Assembly: GCA_964016885.1 (NCBI GenBank)
Contig: OZ024740.1
Coordinates: forward strand, 285,944,001 to 286,008,000
DNA length: 64,000 bases
Direction: 5' to 3'
From: Eledone cirrhosa
Lineage: Eukaryota
Position numbers and translations under genes: made by a program. Positions 40,305-53,064 of the stretch are shown here, piece by piece. The first letter of the stretch is position 1; every line of letters starts with the position of its first letter. The notes under the pieces are model-generated. The model was given only the letters and a program-made list of their open reading frames with translations. It ran no database searches and was not told where the DNA came from.

Positions 40305-40731
40305 TAACACTTTTATGAAATAGATTGGACACATGAAAGTTTACAAAATTACGCAGATGGTACATAGAAGAGGTTTGAATGTATGGTGCTGCTGTATAAT
40401 GCATATGAACCATATATATATATGCACACACACACACACAACATTGGGTGGAGAGGACTTAAAACCTCCCTATTGTTGGTGCTACGATAAAATACATCCA
40501 GTACACTGTCAAGCGTTAGTGCTGGTACTATAAAATGCATTCTGTATACACTGTCGTGATAATTATTGCTCATTCCATGATAAAATGCACTTAGTACACT
40601 ATGTAAAGTAGTTGGCATTAGGGAGGGCATCCAGCTATAAAAACCGAGCCAAAATATGGAATGTATGAACCAGATGTGTTCCTCCAATCCATGCCAGTAT
40701 AGAAAATGGATGTATGATGATGATGGTTTTA

Positions 40732-41166
40732 TCTCCTTATAATATATAACCAGCAATTTCTCTGTCTGTCTGTCCGACAGTGGAAACACGTGCGCGCGTG
40801 CGAATGTTTTTTGCGCACGCGTAGAGAGAGAGAGTGAAAGAAAGAGACAGACTACGAGAGGGGGATAGCGGGAGAGAGAGTGAATAGACGCTAATACACG
40901 TGCGCGCGAGCGAATGTTTTTTGCGCACGCATAGAGAGAGAGTGAGAGTGAAAGAAAGAGACAGACTACAAGAGGGGGATAGCGGGAGGAAGAGAGGGGG
41001 GAATTGAGGAGTGCTACAGAAACATATATACATTTCTGTGTGTCGCACGCATAGAGAGAGAGTGAGAGTGAAAGAAAGAGACAGACTACAAGAGGGGGAT
41101 AGCGGGAGGAAGAGAGGGGGGAATTGAGGAGTGCTACAGAAACATATATACATTTCTGTGTGTGTG

Positions 41167-41207
<41 letters not shown>

Positions 41208-41334
41208 AATATATATACATTTCTGTGTGTGTAATATATATATATATACACACAGAAATATATATACATTTCTGTGTGTGTAATATATATATATATACTA
41301 GCAGAAAACCACTCGGTGGGTGGTTTTCTACTAG
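40732..41334 (+). mobile_element. Non-autonomous Helitron-like element 1
   Basis: Starts A|TC, followed by (CTGT)n and internal 120-bp tandem units. Subterminal hairpin CCACTCGGTGG(GTGG) and 3' CTAG. Confidence 0.65.
40924..41163. repeat. Two 120-bp tandem units, plus a diverged partial unit from ~40785
   Basis: Sequence at 40924 and 41044 is identical at an offset of 120. Confidence 0.9.
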
Positions 41335-41772
41335 TCTATATATATAAAACTGAGGATGTCTGCTTGAATCCCTAAAACTCGAAGTACCCAACTGACTTTT
41401 TTCAAACTTTACATGTGTATTACTTATATTTCAGGGAGTGTTATGCACGTAAAAAAATTCAACTTTTTGATCCCCTAGGGCCTGCATTAGGTGAAAAACT
41501 GCGTTACGTCTAGCCGATTTTCCCGAAATTTCAAGGCATATTATGCACATAAAAAAAAATTCAATTTCTTGATCCCCTAGGGCCCCCATTAGGTGAAAAC
41601 CTGCATTTTTCCTGCTTCATCAAGGAAAATCTTAAAGATTATCCAGCCATCAGAGTATTCAGTTTATTTTCTTTACATATTGTCCACGCATGCAGTTTTT
41701 CCACGATTAGGTCTGTTGGCGGCCCGCGTTCCAAAATATCTTATCCCGTGCAACGCCGGGTACCACTGCTAG
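41335..41772 (+). mobile_element. Non-autonomous Helitron-like element 2
   Basis: 5' TCTATATATATAAAA; 3' CCCGTGCAACGCCGGG hairpin, then TACCACTGCTAG|T. Confidence 0.75.
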
Positions 41773-43603
41773 TGCCTAATAAAATGCTATTAGGTCATGA
41801 TACAGAAATGCAGGCACTGGGAAAGCTTTGAGCTTTAGCACTTAAATTCAGATTAACAACTGATTTAGATAATGCAAGATAGAGATTAGATATGGTCTTG
41901 TGCAAACTAGACTAATAGATTCTGGATGATTAGATTTTATGGTGAGTAATTAGTTTTTACAACACCAACTTTTCATATTTTTGAAATTCCATTAAAATAC
42001 CTTATTGATTTTAAGTAGATTGTTAGCTTTTTGTTCAGCATGGCTAAATATTAGCCAGTTGTTGAGTAGAACAGTTTTGTCATTTATGTTGATAGTCATT
42101 TAAGCAGCAAGTGTTTTAAGGCCATTTTTCCCTGCTAAAGCAGAAGTTAGCCTTTTATGACATAGATTATGTAGGTCTTATGCAAAGTTTCATGCTCATC
42201 ATGGTGTCGTTTTTGAAGCAATGTTTTATGGTTGAATGCTCTTCCTGGTGTCAACCCTTTTAGTCACTTCTTACTAGAATCAAGTGCATCATTAAGGATA
42301 ATTGGAGGTAGCATACAGCTAGCAAGTTTAATAACAGTAGAATATGTAAATGACCATCCATTGGTTTCAGTGATGAGTGTCCAGTTGTTTTATCAAAGGA
42401 ACAGCATACTTGTTAAATTAATGTATCATGTCACATGTATTCTTAAAGTAACTCTGAGGAAGATTCAGCATGACACAGTGTGTGACAAGGTTAACACTTT
42501 GAATTACAGACAGGCCATCTGATGAGCACAGTTTCCATTTACTGAATTTCACCAACAAGGCTTGAGTTGACTCAAGGCTTTAGATAAATGACACTTTACT
42601 CAATATTCCATGCAATGTAATACAACCTTGAAAGCCATGATTGTGAGGCCAAACTGTAGACATTGTCACATTGACATAAATGGTAGACTGTAGGATCATA
42701 ATAAACTCATCATTGACATTGTTGCAAAGCAAATTCTTTAACTACACAACTGTGCCTGTTGAAACTTAAAGGCCTTGAGGTACATACTTGCTATATATAG
42801 CTATATGTATTTACATCAATTATCTGATTATGCTTTCACCCATTTATTAATTGTCAATTTATGAATATTACTATAGATCGTATCATTTACATTCTTTTTC
42901 AGTTTATAACCCCTCCCACCCCCTCCCTCCTGATAAAATCAATTTACATAACAAATTTTTTTATAGTCACAAAACCAGCCTTGATTTATGATACAAAACT
43001 GCCCATTTTAAAATGTTCATACTTATATCAAAACCTTTCATCATAATTTTATTTTAGAAATTTTTGTTAAATAATGTTCTAAATATCAGTTTGCTAATGA
43101 AAAACTTATTTTATTAAATTCCCCCAAATTTTTGGTTATTTTCAAAATTAATTGAAACACATTGGTAATGTTTTTCTTCAGAAATATGGTAATGAAAAGG
43201 TTAACCAGTAAGTCAGTTACTAGTAATGATGTTTCTATCTATCAATCTATCTATATATATCAGGAGGCACATGGCTTAGTGGTTAGAGCATTGGCCTTGC
43301 AATCAAAAGGTTGTGAGTTCAATTCTCAGACCGGGTGATGTGTTGTTTCCTTGTGCAAGACACTTTATTTCACATTGCTCCAGTTTACTCAGCTGTAGAA
43401 ATGAGATGATAGGGACTGGGGTCCATATCATTCCACTGCAAAGTGGTCGTGGAGATGCCACGGCAAAAAAAGCATCCAGCACTCACTGTAAATGAGGTTG
43501 GTGTTAGGAAGGGCATCCAGCTGTAGAAATAAAGCCAGAATCAGTTCCCGTCCCACCCTTGCAAGCAGGGAAAAGCGGGCGTAAAATGATGATGATGATG
43601 ATG

Positions 43604-43842
43604 ATCAGTAATATTAATAAATGGAAGCTATCTTTATAAAACCATATTTATTTTATTATATATATTTCAAGGGTACCAAAATTTTGGTACGTTCTCATCA
43701 GATAAAATACAAAAGTTGGTTTACAGATAGTGACATATTCAAACTAGATGAGAGTGTACCAAAATGTTGGTACCTTTGAAATATATATAATAAAATAAAT
43801 ATGGTTTTATAAAGATAGCTTCCATTTATTAATATTATTGAT
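43604..43842. repeat. Long inverted repeat (96-bp arms, 47-nt spacer); probable inverted pLTR pair of a Penelope-like element
   Basis: Arms 43604-43699 and 43747-43842 are reverse complements with few mismatches; (TA)n follows at ~43930. Confidence 0.85.
43649..43709 (-). ncRNA. Minimal type-I hammerhead ribozyme motif
   Basis: Minus strand: UAUUUUAU-CUGAUGA-GAACGUACCAAAAUUUUGGUACCCUU-GAAA-UAUAUA-UA^AUAAAAUA. 8-bp stem I, intact core, palindromic stem III, imperfect base of stem II. Confidence 0.65.
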
Positions 43843-45876
43843 ATTATACTCCAGAAGAATCTTGTTGAGTGCTTCTAATCTGTTATAAACTAAATTTGTT
43901 GAATAATCAACAAATTAAATAACTGATTGCTATATATATATATATATAGATATATATAATACTGCTAACATTTGCCCAAATTACCATGCAGTAATTAGGT
44001 TGGAAATCTTATTTTTTTCATTAATGTTCATATACGAATTTTAAACTATATCAAGTTAGACAGTGTAAGCTGGCTTTTTTTTTCTGCAAGTGAGATTAGT
44101 CTTGTTGGAATTATTTTTTTTATAATAAGATACACCACATTTTGTTTTTTCACTTAATCATCATCATCAATTAATGTCCGCTTTCCCTGCTAGCAAGGGT
44201 TGGACAGCTAATATTTAATTTAATTTAATTTCAACTGTAATATTTATTCCCTTAATATCTGTATGCAGCTGCTGTTTCCGTCTGGTTGTGCTTCTTCAGT
44301 ACAGACTAATTAGGGATCTATTAAATTTATTAAAAACATTTTTCTCTCTTTTTAGAATCACAAGCCCTTCTCTGGCTTGCTGGTAGAAAATGTAATACCA
44401 AATTTCTAATTAATCCTATTTCTTATGCATTAATCCTCTGATGCTCATTTTAATATTTGGATTTTTTTTAAAATTTCAATTTTATTTTATTTAGTTTGTG
44501 GGAATATTGTAAAAGATATGGAAGATGTTGATTGAAAATTTCCCATATTACAACCTCATTTAAAAGATTTTTGGTAATTGTCAGTTTACAACTGGAAATC
44601 TCTTTTCATAATAATTTGATGTTATCAAAAAAGGTCAAAGGATTTCAAAATGTGTTATCTAGATGTTATTTGCCTGTATGAAAGCTATTTTTCTTCTAAA
44701 ATAATAGTTATTTTTTATTCATGTAATCTAACAGAGGGATCCAAAACAATTTGATAGTATTTTTTTTTTTTTAATCAGTTAATATATCAAGTTAAATATT
44801 TCCACTACTAAGTGAAAGACTTGCTAGCAGAGGACAAGTATGTTTGACAGTATTTTATAATTAAGTACAATTTTTAAGTTTTCTGCTATTAAATTTAATT
44901 AATTTTCCTTCCTGCTTTCATTTGCTCAGCAGGCAAAGTTATATATAAACATTTTGTTGATTAGCCTACTTTAGACGAATTCAAAGAATGGTATGAAATT
45001 TAATTTCAAGAATGTTGTTCTTTCAGTATCATTTTACCTATATTTGATAGACATCCTCTGTTAATGATATCAAAATATATTTTGGAATGGAGAAAAGATC
45101 AATAATTAGCTATTTTCTAAGTATTAAATTCATTCTGATGGTAATTAATGCTATTCATAAATGCTTCATTTATATCTAATAATTCTATTTTATGGGTTAT
45201 TTGTTTAATACTCTTTCCCTTATTTGATGAGCCATATTTTTGCCTTTTTTGGAGTTATAAAGAGATTGATGTACTAAAAGGGTCGAGAAATTTTCATTTT
45301 TCTTACATCCCTACTCCCTTTTCTGGAAGGGCTGAGTCATCTATTGGTTAATGTGTGCAAATCTTCCTCCCTATTTCTTTTCATTCATCTCTCTCTCCCT
45401 CTCTTCATCCCTCCCTCCCTTAGCTTTTTTTGTTTCTCACTCTCTTCCCCTTTACTCATCATCTACTGCCATGTGCCAAAGGTATACTGAATCATTCCAG
45501 CAGCTGTTAGATAGTAAATCTATTGCTCTTGTTGCCCAAACAGCAGGCAAAATTCATCTGTCTTTTAGTTGTTCTGGTGCCACTATAAAGAAAGAAACTG
45601 TGCTAAAACCTGATAGTTTCCTCAGTTCTACTACCTTTTTTAATTTTATTTACTTAACATAATGTTAAATGTAGACACATTGCCTTGACCTCCACAGATA
45701 TCCGATTGTTCTGTCATAATTGTATTTCATGCAGGCTGTTTAAATAGTGGAGTGAATTTAGGTTAATTTAAATGTTGATTACTACTCTTTCTTCATTATC
45801 ATATTTTGAGTGTATTGTATTATAACTTGTTTCAAACAGCAGAGTTTCTAGTGCATTCTTTTATTTTAGTATCATC

Positions 45877-46107
45877 TTAACCCTTTAGAATTTACATTAC
45901 TCTATATTTACTATTGTATTTTTGCAGTAAATGTTTAACCTCACATAATTATCTTACAAAATATCGAATCTATAAGATTTTGATATTATTTATTTTGAGA
46001 ACAAATACCTTAACATCAGTGTGAGTGGTCGGTTACAGCCTGTTTAAACAGAAAGAGGTGAGAGAATTCTGGCTGGATATGACCAGTTTAAATGCTAAAA
46101 GGGTTAA
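45877..46107 (-). mobile_element. piggyBac-type MITE family A
   Basis: TTAA-CCCTTTAGAATTTA…TAAATGCTAAAAGGG-TTAA, in reverse orientation. Confidence 0.88.
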
Positions 46108-46486
46108 AGAACACCTACCAGAATGATTCACTATTAAAGAGATGTGCATATGTTACATGTCTTATACAGGGTCTAGGAACATTTGTTAAAAGCATATTCA
46201 TCGAAAACATATTTGTAGAATATTGATTGAAAATATATTCACCATTAGAATTATTCATGGAATGACACATTTGTAGAAAAATAGATTGAAAATATATTAG
46301 TTGAAAAATATCTGGAATATTCTTCAAAATATGAATATTTTTCCAAGAAATTAATAGACTATAATTGTGCATATAATGATATTGACACCTTTAAATTAAA
46401 TTAACTAGTAATCAAATATAAATTTGTGCATTTGATCAATGGTCATACACCCACTTATAATACTGCTCTTTTGGTAATATATAAGA

Positions 46487-46747
46487 TTAACCCTTTCTCA
46501 TACTGAACCATATGAAACTGCCTCTGGTTCAGTCATACAACCATGTTTGTTTTAAAGTGTTCATACTCATAAAAAAACCTTCCATCATAATTTTATGTAA
46601 AAACCTTTTGCTAATTAATGCTCCAAACACCTTAATAAAGAGAAAGTTAGATATAGTACTAAATCCCTCCAAATCTTAATTATTTTTGAAAATTATTTGA
46701 GCATCATGGGCAGTGCTTTTCATTAAAAATATAATAATGAAAGGCTG
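46487..46747 (+). mobile_element. piggyBac-type MITE family B
   Basis: TTAACCCTTTC start, …AATGAAAGG end and family internal sequence. Confidence 0.7.
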
Positions 46748-46972
46748 TCAAAACATGGAAAATATATACACATACTGTTTTCATCATTGAAAAAGGGGCG
46801 AAAAGAAAATCATATCAGTTTTTTTTAAACTTTTTTTTTTAATACAACAAAAGAAAGGCACTAACTCTTATCTTTTTCTTTTGAGCTTATTCCTCTTCTA
46901 CTCTGCAATTCTCTTCTTTAATCACTATAATATAAAGTGTACTGATTGTATAAGTAAGTCAAATCCTTAAGC

Positions 46973-47355
46973 CAGAGATCCCTAACCTTTTTCATCCTAT
47001 TTACTCTATTGCAAGTTTTCTAAAGTAAATTTATCTCCACCCTGTTTAGTCCAGTTATTTGATCTATATTATATTTACAGCAATGGACAAAAAAGAAATT
47101 TTAAAATTCTGTTTTTAACATTATTGTTTAAGATTCCAATAACAATAATAGTACACCACAATGTTATTTCTTTTAATCATAAATAACTAATAATGAACCA
47201 ATACTGGTACTAGGTCCAAATTCAGCCAGTTAATGCGAACACATTAATGAATGAGACTCGTACACATTGTGAAGTCTAAAATGGTAGAAAATAAACAAAA
47301 TAGGCCTACTTCAAATTCTCTAAACATCTTCCAATTGTTTTTAATGATAATTAAA

Positions 47356-47391
<36 letters not shown>

Positions 47392-47472
47392 TATATATAT
47401 ATATATATATATAGAAATCCAGAATCAGCAAATTCAAATAGGTAAAATTTACCCCTGGGTTGCAAACCACTG
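46973..47472. mobile_element. hAT-type non-autonomous element
   Basis: Ends CAGAGATCCCTAACC / GGTTGCAAACCACTG; 8-bp flanks CCTTAAGC and CCTTAATT match at 6 of 8 positions. Confidence 0.6.
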
Positions 47473-47571
47473 CCTTAATTGTCTGTTGTAATTAAGGGGA
47501 AAGAAACAGATAAAATATAACAAACATTCTCTTATTGCCACTCCTATAAATAAATCTATTCCTACCCATAA

Positions 47572-47740
47572 TTGTTTCTACTTTTGGCACAAGACCAGCA
47601 ATTACCCAGTACATTACTGGTGCTTTATTTTATCGACCCCGTAAGGATGAAAGGCAAAGTTAACCTCGGCGGGATTTGAACTCAGATTGTAAAGGGACGT
47701 AACTAAGCATGGCGTCCAACCCTCTACCAATACTGCCAAT
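47572..47740 (-). mobile_element. Young SINE family b, short-tail variant
   Basis: Near-identical to 11104-11260 and 53065-53240. Confidence 0.85.
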
Positions 47741-49646
47741 TTTAAACACATGATGTCTAGAACATATCTCTATGTATTTCACTGTTTAAAAACCTTAATT
47801 ATTATATGATGACATTTCTGAATAAAATAATTTCTGAATAAAATAAGTTAATATAGTGCTGATGATGATGATATGTAGAAAACTTTGACATATTTAAGTA
47901 GGGCAATAATGTATTAGTGTCATATATACCAGTCTCTCTGACCACTTTCAATTTAATTATGAAAGTTAACTAAATGATCAAATGTAAATTTATCCTTCCT
48001 GTAAATTTACCCTTCTGTATTATATAAATATATTCCCCACATGCAAAAAAAAACACTCTTTGTATCTCGTCTTTCAGTTTCAATTTATATAGTTTTTGTC
48101 CTTCCTTCTTTTCCCTCTCAATCCAAGATGGATTGGAAATAAAAGAAGTTTCACTATAGTTTATTCAAAGATATCTTTTATTGACTCTTTCAGTTGATTA
48201 CTTTATCAGTTCAGTTTGTAAATTGGCAAAATAGAAATGAGCAGATGTTTTAACAGACAGGCTGCTTCATAGATATTATAATAAATGTGGTTTGTGAGTT
48301 CTGGCATGCAAGATATTTATCAAAGTACTTCCTACAGTTTTCTCTCCATTCAACAAATATAAATTAAAACTCTATCTTTTCAACCAATTTTGTGTGCTGT
48401 TGATAAATATACTTCATATGTTTATATTTTATCTCTCTCTCTCTATCTTGCTCTTTCCCTTTCTCATATACAAATATTTCCAAAGGGTATGGTGACTGGG
48501 AAGGCATCTCATTCTTGTGGCAACAAATACCAGATTAGATGATGAATCATCAAAAAGCAGTAAATCTGCTGAAAGAATTGTCATAAAAGCATTATTGCAC
48601 ATTTTAGCAATATGCATTAATATCTAACATATAAATGCCTGTCATATTGTGTAATGAATGTGTTTTTCAAGTGTATACCAGCTTGTTATCTATTCATTTG
48701 TTATAAATTTAACACTCATTAATCTATAATCAATGCATGTTAACATATCTAGACTGTAAAATGGTATTTTAAGTTGCTTGATTACTATCATAAATTCTAT
48801 CAAAATCTAATTCAATCTCTCCCTGATTGATCCTAATGATGTATATATAATGTGAACGCCATAATGTATATATAACGTTAAAATATTTCAAAGAATTAAC
48901 ATCATAAATAGAATCTCTGTGGAAACATGTCTTTACTTTAGATATTTTTATGTAAATTTTTTTTTTCTTCTTTAATTGAAGATTTCAAAAATTCTATTCT
49001 AAGTAGCTTGAAAAAGTAAATTTTTAAGAAATTGATCTTGTAAGCAAGCTAATTAAATGAATCAGGATTCCTAAATTTAGACTACAACAGAGGTAGTGGT
49101 GGTGGTCGTCATTGTTGTCATAGCAATTAGAACTATGGTCAAAAGATGAGATACTGAGTTGCTGGTGGTGGTGGTGGCAGTAATTAGAACTATAGTAAAG
49201 TGGATTAGATACTGGGATATTGGTCATGAATTCACATCTTGTTTTATATTTTATAATGTCATTGCCAAAAATATTTAACATATTTTGTAGTGAAGCATAT
49301 GTAAAATATACCTCTATGTTATTCTTTGGGAATCCGGTTGGCGTGTTATGAGATTGCCAAATCCAATACGGAAGAGATCATTTAGCAGTAGTAGTAGGAG
49401 TAGTTTCCTCTGTTTTTGTAATTGTATTATAGAGTTATGGTGCATGACTTAGTGGTTAGGGTGTTCAGCTCACAATCATAAAGTCAAGAGTTTGATTTCT
49501 GGTGGTATGTTATGCATGTCCTTGAGCAAGATACTTTATTTCACACTGTTCCAGTCCACTCAGCTCGCAAAAGTGAGTTGTACCTGTAATATCAAGAGCA
49601 AGTATTGTCACACACTGTATCACACAGAATCTACATGAGAACTACT

Positions 49647-49872
49647 TTAACCCTTTAGCATTTAAACCAGCTGTATCCAGCCAGAATTACCTCACCTTTT
49701 TCTGTTCAAACTGGCCATAACTGGCCACTCATACTTATGTTAAGGTATTGTTTTCAAAATAAATAACAAAATCTCATAGATTCGTTATTATGTGAGATAA
49801 TTGTGTGAGGTAAAGCCTTTACGACAAACGTACAATAGTAAATATAGAGTAATGTAAATACTAAAGGGTTAA
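49647..49872 (+). mobile_element. piggyBac-type MITE family A nested in a family a SINE (49436-49950)
   Basis: TTAA-CCCTTTAGCATTTA…TAAATACTAAAGGG-TTAA; the SINE resumes after the second TTAA. Confidence 0.9.
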
Positions 49873-50065
49873 AGATACACGAGTCCATGGATTGTTCAGC
49901 CACTTGCATGTTGAATAATCGGTGATGGAACTGACGGATGTCCAACACATATTTCAAAGTATTACATCCCTGGTATACAACAACAATATTGAATTTAACT
50001 GAGTCAAGTTTGTTGTGATCTGTGTATTTTGAAGTATATTAATAATGATTTTATTAGATTAATAA

Positions 50066-50280
50066 TAATTTCTAATTTAGGCACAAGCTCAACAATTTTG
50101 GAGGAGGGAACGTCGATTAAATGGAACCAATATTTTACTGGTACTTTATTTTATCGACCCTGGAAGGAAGAAATGCTAAGTTGACCTCGGCAGAATTTGA
50201 ATTCAGAATGTAAAGGGATGTAAATAAATGTCTCAAAACATTTTGCCCAACATTCTAACAATTCTGCCTTTGCACCCCAC
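50066..50280 (-). mobile_element. tRNA-derived SINE family b, full length
   Basis: Colinear with other family b copies. Confidence 0.85.
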
Positions 50281-50972
50281 TCTTTTTAATGGATTAATAA
50301 GAATTTTGTTTTGTAAAATTATAAACACTGTGTGATCTAGCAGTGTTGATTATCTCTATTTTATTGGTGTTAGTAACAATTATTAGCTAATGTGTTTAAT
50401 TTACTGTTTAGTTCCAGAACATTTGATGATACAGGTTAATTTTATAAAAAACAAAAATGGTCAAAATACTTCAAGTAAAGAACATGCTCTTCCATCATGT
50501 TACTATATTTTTCAGGATATGTTTCTTTTGGATATTATAATATAGGTATAAGCATGGTTATGTGGTTAACGAATTAGCTTCACATTCACTGTGATTTGTA
50601 TTCAGCTCCACTGCATGGTACCTTGGGCATGTGTCTTCTTACTATAGTCTTAGGTTGACCAATGCTTTGTGAGCATGGATGGAAACTTTGTGAATCCCAT
50701 CATATTATATATATATATATATAGAGAGAGAGGTGGGGATAGATAAAATAAGTACTGGACTTGGAAAAGTGCTGGCATTGATAAGAAATTCTTATGAGAT
50801 GTAACTTAATAGGAGGCCTGCTAAATTTACACAAGTGTGAGCTGTAAATGCCATTTTTTTTCAATTACTTACAGTGTTAAGTTCAAGCTCTGTTGTATGC
50901 TTGGAAAAGATTGACACCACTCTAATTACTACATGAAAAAGAAACCATTAGTAATAACTCAGTGATATATTC

Positions 50973-51113
50973 CAGTAGTTCCCAACCTGTGGTCCATGGA
51001 TGCTTTGGTGTTACCAAAGGTGGTGTAATGATGGGGTCCCTGAGTTTGAGTTCTGTAGGAAAATTCATTTAAATAAATGTGGTTCTTCGTAATGAAAAGG
51101 CTGTGAACTAGTG
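50973..51113. mobile_element. Short hAT (Charlie-like) MITE
   Basis: CAGTAGTTCCCAACC…GGCTGTGAACTAGTG degenerate TIRs. Confidence 0.5.
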
Positions 51114-51156
51114 GCATACTCCATCATTACCACTGCTGCTACTTACATGGTAAAGT

Positions 51157-51376
51157 TTAACCCTTTCATTACCATATTTCTAACTAAAAACATTACCTTT
51201 GATTTTAAAATAATTTCAAAAATAATAAAGTCTTTGGAAGGATTTCTCATTATTAAACTGATGTTTTTAGCATAACTTAACAAAATTGTGATGGGTTTTT
51301 AGATAAATTATAAACTCTTTCAAACAAACAGCTTTGTATCATAGAACCAGGGGTGGTTTGGTATTGAAAGAGTTAA
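51157..51376 (-). mobile_element. piggyBac-type MITE family B, complete
   Basis: TTAA-CCCTTTCATTACC…GGTATTGAAAGAG-TTAA. Confidence 0.8.
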
Positions 51377-53064
51377 TGCACAGTAGTGGCATTAAAATTA
51401 CACTTACGCACATATGCACACACACGTCGCACCATGCATGGAAATATTGAATATTTGTTTTTTATTTGAAAATAATGATATCTCTCAAGTTGGTTAACTA
51501 AGAAAATTTTTAAAGTAAAAAACAAACAAACATGGTTTGATGTTTTTAATTAGATATTTTAGCTAGTAAAAAAAAAAAAAAATCAATGTTTCTATGGCTA
51601 CCTACACACTTTTAATTCAGACAGATGGCACTCACCTGATTCTAAAAATAAAAGTTTAATACCCTCAAAAATGTTTACTTTTTTTTCCCCCGTTATGGTT
51701 ATAATGATTTTCTAGCATAGGCACAAGGACAAAGATTTTGTTACAGATTACAGCTGATTATATTGATCTCTCAGTATTTTATCGACCTTTGAAGGATGAA
51801 AAGTGCAATTAATCTTGGCCAGGGTTGTTGGATTGGTCTATAGGTAGTGGAATACACTACTTTTCAGAACTGCATGCAAATTTTTATTTTAGATTTAGGC
51901 TATTGGTAACACATGCTATTGGTAACACATGCTATATGGTCAGGTCATCAGCAACTAGACCGACAACCCCACCAAGCTTGCTTGGTAACGAGGAGGATTT
52001 TTTTAGGGTCACTCTGCTGGATGAAAAACAAAATCTGTCAAAAGGTGAAAGAGTTCAGGAGAGTCAGCAGCCATCCAATACAGGGAGACAGAGCTTGTTA
52101 GCCTTGCAACATGCTGAAGAGAAGAATCACTTTCATTTCAAAACGGAGGAGGGGGGGATAGGAATCTTTAGTCACATAAGTGACAATGTTTCAAGTGTCC
52201 AATGGCTTCATCCTTGTGACAGCAGATAGGCTATGACTTGGTAGTCAGCTTCTAAGTAATTGTTGAATGAGGATTTGATACTCACTGGCACCATTTTTTT
52301 CCTGATGAGAGTTGCAGACACAGATTGTCCATGATCACCATCCTTCAGTAATGAGGATGGGAAGACACCAGGCCATACTTGTTTTACATTGCTTCCAAAA
52401 GGAACTCATGATAAGCATGAACTTTTCATGGGACTCACAAGCCCCAGCCTGCACTACCAAGGGGAAATAGCTATAATTTAATTCACGAGTAGCTTTTATT
52501 TTGGGCAACCTTCTAACACGATGCGCTATTTCTAGAAAATCATGTGCTACATTTTATAAAATTAATCTAGCAATCCAAATTTTGACAGAATTTGAATATA
52601 AAGGAAAACGTTTAAAAAAAAAATAGCAAAACATTTTGTCTGCTTCCCTGAAAATTCTGCCAAGCCTAACTCTTCCCATTATAGTAATAGCAAATTTTAT
52701 ATAATTTTAATAAGTTTTAGATTACTGATTTTGTTTTAAATTGGAGGTTGTTCTGTCATTTTGTATGAGAAAAAATTTAAGTGGCAATGGTAAAGTGAGA
52801 ATGTTCTTTTTGTTGATGGCTTAGGTCAGAGGTTTTTGACACTATTATCAACTATATGATAACAATGTTCTTAAACTGACTTGTTTGTAGCATAGAATAT
52901 CAAAACATTAAGTGCTTGAACTGTGTTTAAATTACCCATAATCACCTTGAATTATGTATTTAAAGCTTTTGTTTCAAACTGTACAGGTGGTATTAATAAT
53001 AATATAAATATGTTTGACTGAATGTTGTTACATTTTAACAACTATCAAATAAGTAAAGATAATT

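Noticed and set aside
40349-41269. 306 aa minus-strand ORF
   Set aside because: It runs through microsatellites, Helitron tandem repeats and a SINE, and has no domain.
43263-43335. tRNA gene
   Set aside because: The A/B boxes belong to a SINE head and continue into the SINE body; no cloverleaf.
51825-52480. 134 aa ORF and GC-richer block
   Set aside because: No recognisable motif or splice signals; probably unclassified transposon debris.
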